A DNA stretch of 64,000 bases from the human T2T-CHM13v2.0 reference genome, Homo sapiens: NCBI RefSeq assembly GCF_009914755.1, contig NC_060940.1; one strand, given 5' to 3'. The position numbers and the translations under genes are program-made. Under the pieces are notes generated by a model that was given only the letters and a program-made list of their open reading frames with translations, ran no database searches and was not told the origin of the DNA. Below are positions 51,637-64,000 of the stretch, one piece after another (the first letter of the stretch is position 1; every line of letters starts with the position of its first letter).

Positions 51637-52995
51637 GAAACTGCTCTGTGATGTGTGCGTTCAACTCACAGAGTTTAACTTTTCTTTTCATTCAGCAGTT
51701 TGGAAACACTCTGTTTGTAAAGTCTGCAAGTGGATATCTTGGCCTCTTAGAGGCCTTCGTTGGAAACGGGTTTTTTCATGTAAGGTTAGACAGAGGAATT
51801 CCCAGTAACTTCCTTGTGTTGTGTGCATTCAACTCACAGAGTTGAATGATTCTTTACACAGAGCAGATTTGAGACACTCTTTTGGTGGAATTTGTAAGTG
51901 GAGAATTCAGCCGCTTTGAGGTCAACGGTAGAAAAGGAAATATCTTCGTATAAAAACTAGACAGAATGATTCTCAGAAACTGTTTTGTGATGTGTGCGTT
52001 CAACTCACAGAGTTTAACCTTTCTTTTCAAAGAGCAGTTAGGAAACACTCTGTTTGTAAAGTCTGCAAGTGGATATTCAGACCTCTTTGAGGCCTTCGTT
52101 GGAAACGGGATTTCTTCATATTATGCTAGACAGATGAATTCTCAGTAACTTCCTTGTGTTGTGTGTATTCAACTCACAGAGTTGAACGATCCTTTACACA
52201 GAGCAGATTTGAAACACTGTTTTTCTGGAATTTGCAAGTGGAGATTTCAGCCGCTTTGAGGTCAATGGTAGAAAAAGAAATATCTTCGTATAAAAACTAG
52301 ACAGAATGATTCTCAGAAACTCCTTTGTGATGTGTGCGTTCAACTCACAGAGTTTAACCTTTCTTTTCACAGAGCAGTTAGGAAACACTCTGTTTGTGAA
52401 GCCTGCCAGTGGATATTCGGACCTCTTTGAGGCCTTCGTTGGAAACGGGATTTCTTCATATTATGCTAGACAGAAGATTTCTCAGTAACTTCTTTGTGTT
52501 GTGTGTATGCAACTCACAGAGTTCAACCTTCCTTTAGACAGAGCAGATTTGAAACACTCTTTTTGTGGAATTTGCAAGTGGAGATTTCAAGCGCTTCGAT
52601 GTCAATGGTAGAAAAGGAAATATCTTCGTATAAAAACAAGACAAACTCGTTCCCAGACACTGCGTAGTGATGTGTGTGTTTAACTCACAGAGTTTCACCT
52701 TTCTTTTCATACAGCATTCTGGAAACCCTGTGTTTGTAAAGTCTGCAAGTGGATATTTGGACCTCTTAGATGCCTTCGTTGGAAACGGGATTTCTTCATA
52801 TAATGCTAGAGGGAAGAATTCTTAGTAACTTCTTTGTGTTGTGTGTATTCAACTGACAGAGTTGAACCTTCCTTTAGACAGAGCAGATTCGAAACACTCT
52901 TTTTCTGCAATTAGCAAGTGGAGACTTCAAGCGCTTTGAGGCCAAAGGCAGAAAAGGAAATATCTTCGTATAAAAACCCGACAGAATCATTCTCA
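51637..52995 (+). repeat. 8-mer HOR variant (1359 bp), M8/M10 hybrid
   Basis: Spacing 51648 to 53007. The M8 start 'aattcttagtaacttctttg' runs directly into M10 'attcgaaacactctttttctgc', and M9 is absent. Confidence 0.93.
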
Positions 52996-54014
52996 GAAAC
53001 TGCTCTGTGATGTGTGCGTTCAACTCACAGAGTTTAACTTTTCTTTTCATTCAGCAGTTTGGAAACACTCTGTTTGTAAAGTCTGCAAGTGGATATCTTG
53101 GCCTCTTAGAGGCCTTCGTTTGAAACGGGTTTTTTCATGTAAGGTTAGACAGAGGAATTCCCAGTAACTTCCTTGTGTTGTGTGCATTCAACTCACAGAG
53201 TTGAATGATTCTTTACACAGAGCAGATTTGAGACACTCTTTTGGTGGAATTTGTAAGTGGAGAATTCAGCTGCTTTGAGGTCAACGGTAGAAAAGGAAAT
53301 ATCTTCGTATAAAAACTAGACAGAATGATTCTCAGAAACTGTTTTGTGATGTGTGCGTTCAACTCACAGAGTTTAACCTTTCTTTTCAAAGAGCAGTTAG
53401 GAAACACTCTGTTTGTAAAGTCTGCAAGTGGATATTCAGACCTCTTTGAGGCCTTCGTTGGAAACGGGATTTCTTCATATTATGCTAGACAGATGAATTC
53501 TCAGTAACTTCCTTGTGTTGTGTGTATTCAACTCACAGAGTTGAACGATCCTTTACACAGAGCAGATTTGAAACACTGTTTTTCTGGAATTTGCAAGTGG
53601 AGATTTCAGCTGCTTTGAGGTCAATGGTAGAAAAGGAAATATCTTCGTATAAAAACTAGACAGAATGATTCTCAGAAACTCCTTTGTGATGTGTGCGTTC
53701 AACTCACAGAGTTTAACCTTTCTTTTCACAGAGCAGTTAGGAAACACTCTGTTTGTGAAGCCTGCCAGTGGATATTCGGACCTCTTTGAGGCCTTCGTTG
53801 GAAACGGGATTTCTTCATATTATGCTAGACAGAAGATTTCTCAGTAACTTCTTTGTGTTGTGTGTATGCAACTCACAGAGTTCAACCTTCCTTTAGACAG
53901 AGCAGATTTGAAACACTCTTTTTGTGGAATTTGCAAGTGGAGATTTCAAGCGCTTTGAGGCCAAAAGCAGAAAAGGAAATATTTTCCTATAAAAACTAGA
54001 CAGAATCTTTCTCA
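52996..54014 (+). repeat. 6-mer HOR variant (1019 bp)
   Basis: Spacing 53007 to 54026. Confidence 0.93.
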
Positions 54015-57000
54015 GAAACTGCTCTGTGATGTGTGCGTTCAACTCACAGAGTTTAACTTTTCTTTTCATTCAGCAGTTTGGAAACACTCTGTTTGTAAAG
54101 TCTGCAAGTGGATATCTTGGCCTCTTAGAGGCCTTCGTTGGAAACGGGTTTTTTCATGTAAGGATAGACAGAGGAATTCCCAGTAACTTCCTTGTGTTGT
54201 GTGCATTCAACTCACAGAGTTGAATGATTCTTTACACAGAGCAGATTTGAGACACTCTTTTGGTGGAATTTGTAAGTGGAGAATTCAGCCGCTTTGAGGT
54301 CAACGGTAGAAAAGGAAATATCTTCGTATAAAAACTAGACAGAATGATTCTCAGAAACTGTTTTGTGATGTGTGCGTTCAACTCACAGAGTTTAACCTTT
54401 CTTTTCAAAGAGCAGTTAGGAAACACTCTGTTTGTAAAGTCTGCAAGTGGATATTCAGACCTCTTTGAGGCCTTCGTTGGAAACGGGATTTCTTCATATT
54501 ATGCTAGACAGATGAATTCTCAGTAACTTCCTTGTGTTGTGTGTATTCAACTCACAGAGTTAAACGATCCTTTACACAGAGCAGATTTGAAACACTGTTT
54601 TTCTGGAATTTGCAAGTGGAGATTTCAGCCGCTTTGAGGTCAATGGTAGAAAAGGAAATATCTTCGTATAAAAACTAGACAGAATGATTCTCAGAAACTC
54701 CTTTGTGATGTGTGCGTTCAACTCACAGAGTTTAACCTTTCTTTTCACAGAGCAGTTAGGAAACACTCTGTTTGTGAAGCCTGCCAGTGGATATTCGGAC
54801 CTCTTTGAGGCCTTCGTTGGAAACGGGATTTCTTCATATTATGCTAGACAGAAGATTTCTCAGTAACTTCTTTGTGTTGTGTGTATGCAACTCACAGAGT
54901 TCAACCTTCCTTTAGACAGAGCAGATTTGAAACACTCTTTTTTTGGAATTTGCAAGTGGAGATTTCAAGCGCTTCGATGCCAATGGTAGAAAAGGAAATA
55001 TCTTCGTAGAAAAACAAGACAAACTCGTTCCCAGACACTGCGTAGTGATGTGTGTGTTTAACTCACAGAGTTTCACCTTTCTTTTCATACAGCATTCTGG
55101 AAACCCTCTGTTTGTAAAGTCTGCAAGTGGATATTTGGACCTCTTAGATGCCTTCGTTGGAAACGGGATTTCTTCATATAATGCTAGAGGGAAGAATTCT
55201 TAGTAACTTCTTTGTGTTGTGTGTATTCAACTGACAGAGTTGAAGCTTCCTTTAGACAGAGCAGATTTGAAAGTCTCTTTTTGTGGAATTTGCAAGTGGA
55301 GATTTCAAGCGCTTTGAGGCCAAAAGCAGAAAAGGAAATATTTTCCTATAAAAACTAGACAGAATCTTTCTCAGAAACTGCTCTGGGATGTGTGCGTTCA
55401 ACTCACAGAGTTTAACTTTTCTTTTCATTCAGCAGTTTGGAAACACTCTGTTTGGAAAGTCTGCACGTGGATATTTTGACCTCTTTGAGGCCTTCGTTGG
55501 AAACGGGTTTTTTTCATGTAAGGCTAGACAGAAGAAATCTCAGTAACTTCCTTGTGTTGTGTGTATTCAACTGACAGAGTTGAACCTTCTTTTAGACAGA
55601 GCAGATTCGAAACACTCTTTTTCTGCAATTTGCAAGTGGAGACTTCAAGCGCTTTGAGGCCAAAGGCAGAAAAGGAAATATCTTCGTATAAAAACCCGAC
55701 AGAATCATTCTCAGAAACTGCTCTGTGATGTGTGCGTTCAACTCACAGAGTTTAACTTTTCTTTTCATTCAGCAGTTTGGAAACACTCTGTTTGTAAAGT
55801 CTGCAAGTGGATATCTTGGCCTCTTAGAGGCCTTCGTTGGAAACGGGTTTTTTCATGTAAGGTTAGACAGAGGAATTCCCAGTAACTTCCTTGTGTTGTG
55901 TGCATTCAACTCACAGAGTTGAATGATTCTTTACACAGAGCAGATTTGAGACACTCTTTTGGTGGAATTTGTTAGTGGAGAATTCAGCCGCTTTGAGGTC
56001 AACGGTAGAAAAGGAAATATCTTCGTATAAAAACTAGACAGAATGATTCTCAGAAACTGTTTTGTGATGTGTGCGTTCAACTCACAGAGTTTAACCTTTC
56101 TTTTCAAAGAGCAGTTAGGAAACACTCTGTTTGTAAAGTCTGCAAGTGGATATTCAGACCTCTTTGAGGCCTTCGTTGGAAACGGGATTTCTTCATATTA
56201 TGCTAGACAGATGAATTCTCAGTAACTTCCTTGTGTTGTGTGTATTCAACTCACAGAGTTGAACGATCCTTTACACAGAGCAGATTTGAAACACTGTTTT
56301 TCTGGAATTTGCAAGTGGAGATTTCAGCCGCTTTGAGGTCAATGGTAGAAAAAGAAATATCTTCGTATAAAAACTAGACAGAGTGATTCTCAGAAACTCC
56401 TTTGTGATGTGTGCGTTCAACTCACAGAGTTTAACCTTTCTTTTCACAGAGCAGTTAGGAAACACTCTGTTTGTGAAGCCTGCCAGTGGATATTCGGACC
56501 TCTTTGAGGCCTTCGTTGGAAACGGGATTTCTTCATATTATGCTAGACAGAAGATTTCTCAGTAACTTCTTTGTGTTGTGTGTATGCAACTCACAGAGTT
56601 CAACCTTCCTTTAGACAGAGCAGATTTGAAACACTCTTTTTGTGGAATTTGCAAGTGGAGATTTCAAGCGCTTCGATGCCAATGGTAGAAAAGGAAATAT
56701 CTTCGTTTAAAAACAAGATAAACTCGTTCCCAGACACTGCGTAGTGATGTGTGTGTTTAACTCACAGAGTTTCACCTTTCTTTTCATACAGCATTCTGGA
56801 AACCCTCTGTTTGTAAAGTCTGCAAGTGGATATTTGGACCTCTTAGATGCCTTCGTTGGAAACGGGATTTCTTCATATAATGCTAGAGGGAAGAATTCTT
56901 AGTAACTTCTTTGTGTTGTGTGTATTCAACTGACAGAGTTGAACCTTCCTTTAGACAGAGCAGATTTGAAAGTCTCTTTTTGTGGAATTTGCAAGTGGAG

Positions 57001-59111
57001 ATTTCAAGCGCTTTGAGGCCAAAAGCAGAAAAGGAAATATTTTCCTATAAAAACTAGACAGAATCTTTCTCAGAAACTGCTCTGGGATGTGTGCGTTCAA
57101 CTCACAGAGTTTAACTTTTCTTTTCATTCAGCAGTTTGGAAACACTCTGTTTGGAAAGTCTGCACGTGGATATTTTGACCTCTTTGAGGCCTTCGTTGGA
57201 AACGGGTTTTTTTCATGTAAGGCTAGACAGAAGAAATCTCAGTAACTTCCTTGTGTTGTGTGTATTCAACTGACAGAGTTGAACCTTCTTTTAGACAGAG
57301 CAGATTCGAAACACTCTTTTTCTGCAATTTGCAAGTGGAGACTTCAAGCGCTTTGAGGCCAAAGGCAGAAAAGGAAATATCTTCGTATAAAAACCCGACA
57401 GAATCATTCTCAGAAACTGCTCTGTGATGTGTGCGTTCAACTCACAGAGTTTAACTTTTCTTTTCATTCAGCAGTTTGGAAACACTCTGTTTCTAAAGTC
57501 TGCAAGTGGATATCTTGGCCTCTTAGAGGCCTTCGTTGGAAACGGGTTTTTTCATGTAAGGTTAGACAGAGGAATTCCCAGTAACTTCCTTGTGTTGTGT
57601 GCATTCAACTCACAGAGTTGAATGATTCTTTACACAGAGCAGATTTGAGACACTCTTTTGGTGGAATTTGTTAGTGGAGAATTCAGCCGCTTTGAGGTCA
57701 ACGGTAGAAAAGGAAATATCTTCGTATAAAAACTAGACAGAATGATTCTCAGAAACTCTTTTGTGATGTGTGCGTTCAACTCACAGAGTTTAACCTTTCT
57801 TTTCAAAGAGCAGTTAGGAAACACTCTGTTTGTAAAGTCTGCAAGTGGATATTCAGACCTCTTTGAGGCCTTCGTTGGAAACGGGATTTCTTTATATTAT
57901 GCTAGACAGATGAATTCTCAGTAACTTCCTTGTGTTGTGTGTATTCAACTCACAGAGTTGAACGATCCTTTACACAGAGCAGATTTGAAACACTGTTTTT
58001 CTGGAATTTGCAAGTGGAGATTTCAGCCGCTTTGAGGTCAATGGTAGAAAAAGAAATATCTTCGTATAAAAACTAGACAGAATGATTCTCAGAAACTCCT
58101 TTGTGATGTGTGCGTTCAACTCACAGAGTTTAACCTTTCTTTTCACAGAGCAGTTAGGAAACACTCTGTTTGTGAAGCCTGCCAGTGGATATTCGGACCT
58201 CTTTGAGGCCTTCGTTGGAAACGGGATTTCTTCATATTATGCTAGACAGAAGATTTCTCAGTAACTTCTTTGTGTTGTGTGTATGCAACTCACAGAGTTC
58301 AACCTTCCTTTAGACAGAGCAGATTTGAAACACTCTTTTTGTGGAATTTGCAAGTGGAGATTTCAAGCGCTTCGATGCCAATGGTAGAAAAGGAAATATC
58401 TTCGTATAAAAACAAGACAAACTCGTTCCCAGACACTGCGTAGTGATGTGTGTGTTTAACTCACAGAGTTTCACCTTTCTTTTCATACAGCATTCTGGAA
58501 ACCCTCTGTTTGTAAAGTCTGCAAGTGGATATTTGGACCTCTTAGATGCCTTCGTTGGAAACGGGATTTCTTCATATAATGCTAGAGGGAAGAATTCTTA
58601 GTAACTTCTTTGTGTTGTGTGTATTCAACTGACAGAGTTGAACCTTCCTTTAGACAGAGCAGATTTGAAAGTCTCTTTTTGTGGAATTTGCAAGTGGAGA
58701 TTTCAAGCGCTTTGAGGCCAAAAGCAGAAAAGGAAATATTTTCCTATAAAAACTAGACAGAATCTTTCTCAGAAACTGCTCTGGGATGTGTGCGTTCAAC
58801 TCACAGAGTTTAACTTTTCTTTTCATTCAGCAGTTTGGAAACACTCTGTTTGGAAAGTCTGCACGTGGATAATTTGACCTCTTTGAGGCCTTCGTTGGAA
58901 ACGGGTTTTTTTCATGTAACGCTAGACAGAAGAAATCTCAGTAACTTCCTTGTGTTATGTGTATTCAACTGACAGAGTTGAACCTTCCTTTAGACAGAGC
59001 AGATTCGAAACACTCTTTTTCTGCAATTTGCAAGTGGAGACTTCAAGCGCTTTGAGGCCAAAGGCAGAAAAGGAAATATCTTCGTATAAAAACCCGACAG
59101 AATCATTCTCA

Positions 59112-62100
59112 GAAACTGCTCTGTGATGTGTGCGTTCAACTCACAGAGTTTAACTTTTCTTTTCATTCAGCAGTTTGGAAACACTCTGTTTGTAAAGTCT
59201 GCAAGTGGATATCTTGGCCTCTTAGAGGCCTTCGTTGGAAACGGGTTTTTTCATGTAAGGTTAGACAGAGGAATTCCCAGTAACTTCCTTGTGTTGTGTG
59301 CATTCAACTCACAGAGTTGAATGATTCTTTACACAGAGCAGATTTGAGACACTCTTTTGGTGGAATTTGTAAGTGGAGAATTCAGCCGCTTTGAGGTCAA
59401 CGGTAGAAAAGGAAATATCTTCGTATAAAAACTAGACAGAATGATTCTCAGAAACTGTTTTGTGATGTGTGCGTTCAACTCACAGAGTTTAACCTTTCTT
59501 TTCAAAGAGCAGTTAGGAAACACTCTGTTTGTAAAGTCTGCAAGTGGATATTCAGACCTCTTTGAGGCCTTCGTTGGAAACGGGATTTCTTCATATTATG
59601 CTAGACAGATGAATTCTCAGTAACTTCCTTGTGTTGTGTGTATTCAACTCACAGAGTTGAACGATCCTTTACACAGAGCAGATTTGAAACACTGTTTTTC
59701 TGGAATTTGCAAGTGGAGATTTCAGCTGCTTTGAGGTCAATGGTAGAAAAGGAAATATCTTCGTATAAAAACTAGACAGAATGATTCTCAGAAACTCCTT
59801 TGTGATGTGTGCGTTCAACTCACAGAGTTTAACCTTTCTTTTCACAGAGCAGTTAGGAAACACTCTGTTTGTGAAGCCTGCCAGTGGATATTTGGACCTC
59901 TTTGAGGCCTTCGTTGGAAACGGGATTTCTTCATATTATGCTAGACAGAAGATTTCTCAGTAACTTCTTTGTGTTGTGTGTATGCAACTCACAGAGTTCA
60001 ACCTTCCTTTAGACAGAGCAGATTTGAAACACTCTTTTTGTGGAATTTGCAAGTGGAGATTTCAAGCGCTTTGAGGCCAAAAGCAGAAAAGGAAATATTT
60101 TCCTATAAAAACTAGACAGAATCTTTCTCAGAAACTGCTCTGTGATGTGTGCGTTCAACTCACAGAGTTTAACTTTTCTTTTCATTCAGCAGTTTGGAAA
60201 CACTCTGTTTGTAAAGTCTGCAAGTGGATATCTTGGCCTCTTAGAGGCCTTCGTTGGAAACGGGTTTTTTCATGTAAGGTTAGACAGAGGAATTCCCAGT
60301 AACTTCCTTGTGTTGTGTGCATTCAACTCACAGAGTTGAATGATTCTTTACACAGAGCAGATTTGAGACACTCTTTTGGTGGAATTTGTAAGTGGAGAAT
60401 TCAGCCGCTTTGAGGTCAACGGTAGAAAAGGAAATATCTTCGTATAAAAACTAGACAGAATGATTCTCAGAAACTGTTTTGTGATGTGTGCGTTCAACTC
60501 ACAGAGTTTAACCTTTCTTTTCAAAGAGCAGTTAGGAAACACTCTGTTTGTAAAGTCTGCAAGTGGATATTCAGACCTCTTTGAGGCCTTCGTTGGAAAC
60601 GGGATTTCTTCATATTATGCTAGACAGATGAATTCTCAGTAACTTCCTTGTGTTGTGTGTATTCAACTCACAGAGTTAAACGATCCTTTACACAGAGCAG
60701 ATTTGAAACACTGTTTTTCTGGAATTTGCAAGTGGAGATTTCAGCCGCTTTGAGGTCAATGGTAGAAAAGGAAATATCTTCGTATAAAAACTAGACAGAA
60801 TGATTCTCAGAAACTCCTTTGTGATGTGTGCGTTCAACTCACAGAGTTTAACCTTTCTTTTCACAGAGCAGTTAGGAAACACTCTGTTTGTGAAGCCTGC
60901 CAGTGGATATTCGGACCTCTTTGAGGCCTTCGTTGGAAACGGGATTTCTTCATATTATGCTAGACAGAAGATTTCTCAGTAACTTCTTTGTGTTGTGTGT
61001 ATGCAACTCACAGAGTTCAACCTTCCTTTAGACAGAGCAGATTTGAAACACTCTTTTTGTGGAATTTGCAAGTGGGGATTTCAAGCGCTTTGAGGCCAAA
61101 AGCAGAAAAGGAAATATTTTCCTATAAAAACTAGACAGAATCTTTCTCAGAAACTGCTCTGTGATGTGTGCGTTCAACTCACAGAGTTTAACTTTTCTTT
61201 TCATTCAGCAGTTTGGAAACACTCTGTTTGTAAAGTCTGCAAGTGGATATCTTGGCCTCTTAGAGGCCTTCGTTGGAAACGGGTTTTTTCATGTAAGGAT
61301 AGACAGAGGAATTCCCAGTAACTTCCTTGTGTTGTGTGCATTCAACTCACAGAGTTGAATGATTCTTTACACAGAGCAGATTTGAGACACTCTTTTGGTG
61401 GAATTTGTAAGTGGAGAATTCAGCCGCTTTGAGGTCAACGGTAGAAAAGGAAATATCTTCGTATAAAAACTAGACAGAATGATTCTCAGAAACTGTTTTG
61501 TGATGTGTGCGTTCAACTCACAGAGTTTAACCTTTCTTTTCAAAGAGCAGTTAGGAAACACTCTGTTTGTAAAGTCTGCAAGTGGATATTCAGACCTCTT
61601 TGAGGCCTTCGTTGGAAACGGGATTTCTTCATATTATGCTAGACAGATGAATTCTCAGTAACTTCCTTGTGTTGTGTGTATTCAACTCACAGAGTTGAAC
61701 GATCCTTTACACAGAGCAGATTTGAAACACTGTTTTTCTGGAATTTGCAAGTGGAGATTTCAGCTGCTTTGAGGTCAATGGTAGAAAAGGAAATATCTTC
61801 GTATAAAAACTAGACAGAATGATTCTCAGAAACTCCTTTGTGATGTGTGCGTTCAACTCACAGAGTTTAACCTTTCTTTTCACAGAGCAGTTAGGAAACA
61901 CTCTGTTTGTGAAGCCTGCCAGTGGATATTTGGACCTCTTTGAGGCCTTCGTTGGAAACGGGATTTCTTCATATTATGCTAGACAGAAGATTTCTCAGTA
62001 ACTTCTTTGTGTTGTGTGTATGCAACTCACAGAGTTCAACCTTCCTTTAGACAGAGCAGATTTGAAACACTCTTTTTGTGGAATTTGCAAGTGGAGATTT

Positions 62101-63187
62101 CAAGCGCTTTGAGGCCAAAAGCAGAAAAGGAAATATTTTCCTATAAAAACTAGACAGAATCTTTCTCAGAAACTGCTCTGTGATGTGTGCGTTCAACTCA
62201 CAGAGTTTAACTTTTCTTTTCATTCAGCAGTTTGGAAACACTCTGTTTGTAAAGTCTGCAAGTGGATATCTTGGCCTCTTAGAGGCCTTCGTTGGAAACG
62301 GGTTTTTTCATGTAAGGTTAGACAGAGGAATTCCCAGTAACTTCCTTGTGTTGTGTGCATTCAACTCACAGAGTTGAATGATTCTTTACACAGAGCAGAT
62401 TTGAGACACTCTTTTGGTGGAATTTGTAAGTGGAGAATTCAGCCGCTTTGAGGTCAACGGTAGAAAAGGAAATATCTTCGTATAAAAACTAGACAGAATG
62501 ATTCTCAGAAACTGTTTTGTGATGTGTGCGTTCAACTCACAGAGTTTAACCTTTCTTTTCAAAGAGCAGTTAGGAAACACTCTGTTTGTAAAGTCTGCAA
62601 GTGGATATTCAGACCTCTTTGAGGCCTTCGTTGGAAACGGGATTTCTTCATATTATGCTAGACAGATGAATTCTCAGTAACTTCCTTGTGTTGTGTGTAT
62701 TCAACTCACAGAGTTAAACGATCCTTTACACAGAGCAGATTTGAAACACTGTTTTTCTGGAATTTGCAAGTGGAGATTTCAGCCGCTTTGAGGTCAATGG
62801 TAGAAAAGGAAATATCTTCGTATAAAAACTAGACAGAATGATTCTCAGAAACTCCTTTGTGATGTGTGCGTTCAACTCACAGAGTTTAACCTTTCTTTTC
62901 ACAGAGCAGTTAGGAAACACTCTGTTTGTGAAGCCTGCCAGTGGATATTCGGACCTCTTTGAGGCCTTCGTTGGAAACGGGATTTCTTCATATTATGCTA
63001 GACAGAAGATTTCTCAGTAACTTCTTTGTGTTGTGTGTATGCAACTCACAGAGTTCAACCTTCCTTTAGACAGAGCAGATTTGAAACACTCTTTTTGTGG
63101 AATTTGCAAGTGGGGATTTCAAGCGCTTTGAGGCCAAAAGCAGAAAAGGAAATATTTTCCTATAAAAACTAGACAGAATCTTTCTCA
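59112..63187 (+). repeat. Four tandem 6-mer HOR variants (two copies of a 2038-bp 12-mer)
   Basis: Starts 59123, 60142, 61161, 62180, 63199; private SNPs recur at a 2038-bp offset. Confidence 0.93.
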
Positions 63188-64000
63188 GAAACTGCTCTGT
63201 GATGTGTGCGTTCAACTCACAGAGTTTAACTTTTCTTTTCATTCAGCAGTTTGGAAACACTCTGTTTGTAAAGTCTGCAAGTGGATATCTTGGCCTCTTA
63301 GAGGCCTTCGTTGGAAACGGGTTTTTTCATGTAAGGATAGACAGAGGAATTCCCAGTAACTTCCTTGTGTTGTGTGCATTCAACTCACAGAGTTGAATGA
63401 TTCTTTACACAGAGCAGATTTGAGACACTCTTTTGGTGGAATTTGTAAGTGGAGAATTCAGCCGCTTTGAGGTCAACGGTAGAAAAGGAAATATCTTCGA
63501 ATAAAAACTAGACAGAATGATTCTCAGAAACTGTTTTGTGATGTGTGCGTTCAACTCACAGAGTTTAACCTTTCTTTTCAAAGAGCAGTTAGGAAACACT
63601 CTGTTTGTAAAGTCTGCAAGTGGATATTCAGACCTCTTTGAGGCCTTCGTTGGAAACGGGATTTCTTCATATTATACTAGACAGATGAATTCTCAGTAAC
63701 TTCCTTGTGTTGTGTGTATTCAACTCACAGAGTTAAACGATCCTTTACACAGAGCAGATTTGAAACACTGTTTTTCTGGAATTTGCAAGTGGAGATTTCA
63801 GCCGCTTTGAGGTCAATGGTAGAAAAGGAAATATCTTCGTATAAAAACTAGACAGAATGATTCTCAGAAACTCCTTTGTGATGTGTGCGTTCAACTCACA
63901 GAGTTTAACCTTTCTTTTCACAGAGCAGTTAGGAAACACTCTGTTTGTGAAGCCTGCCAGTGGATATTCGGACCTCTTTGAGGCCTTCGTTGGAAACGGG

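Larger units (their letters stand above)
1..64000 (+). repeat. Centromeric alpha-satellite HOR array, SF1 dimeric type, 10-mer (1699 bp) HOR; probably human chr16 D16Z2 / S1C16H1L
   Basis: ~170-bp monomers with alphoid motifs (cattctcagaaact, ttcaactcacagagttg, gaaacactctttttgtggaatttgcaagtgga). CENP-B box every 340 bp. Near-identical units recur at 12, 1711, 3410, 5109, 6808, 8507, 10206 (period 1699). I saw one GATC (Sau3A) site per unit (e.g. 552-555). Alpha-satellite identity is certain; the chr16 assignment is inferred from the known 10-mer/1.7-kb SF1 HOR (about 0.75 confidence). Confidence 0.98.

Noticed and set aside
19485-53130. Box variants 'cttcgtCggaaacggg' (~19491) and 'cttcgttTgaaacggg' (53121) as CENP-B knockouts
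   Set aside because: The changes fall in non-essential N positions of NTTCGNNNNANNCGGGN, so binding is probably retained.
59112-63187. Assignment of the 1019-bp units to a separate 6-mer array such as chr7 D7Z1
   Set aside because: Their monomers are essentially identical to M1-M6/M8 of the local 10-mer and are interspersed with it, so they are variants of the same HOR.
12-63939. Numerous 60-90 aa ORFs on both strands
   Set aside because: They recur with the satellite period, overlap on opposite strands, often start at GTG/TTG, resemble no protein family I recognise, and appear or vanish with single SNPs. I used them only as variant markers.
1-64000. Transposon (L1/Alu) insertion, inversion or foreign DNA hidden in the array
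   Set aside because: Every unit interval is accounted for by 1697-1699, 1359 or 1018-1019 bp, with constant orientation. There is no room for an insertion, and I saw no poly-A tail or target-site duplication.

Overview
The whole 64 kb is one uninterrupted, head-to-tail array of primate (human-type) centromeric alpha-satellite DNA. It has ~170-bp monomers in alternating CENP-B-box-positive and -negative dimers (340 bp, suprachromosomal family 1 type), organised as a 10-monomer higher-order repeat (HOR) of 1699 bp. This best fits the chromosome 16 array D16Z2 (S1C16H1L), an inference from HOR length and family that I could not check by alignment. I count 43 complete HOR units plus a partial last one: 28 ten-mers (1697-1699 bp), 14 six-mers (1018-1019 bp) and one eight-mer (1359 bp). 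I see no genes, transposons, inversions or non-satellite insertions, and all listed ORFs are by-products of the repeat. I found no new protein-coding system. The informative signal is the array's internal architecture: a 6-mer variant with two junctions and a linked marker SNP, local 'HORs of HORs' (20-mer x3, 16-mer x3, 12-mer x2), a sharp haplotype boundary at ~10.2 kb, heritable CENP-B box knockouts and long-range shared variants. Monomer labels M1-M10 are my own, with M1 starting near position 1 of the window.
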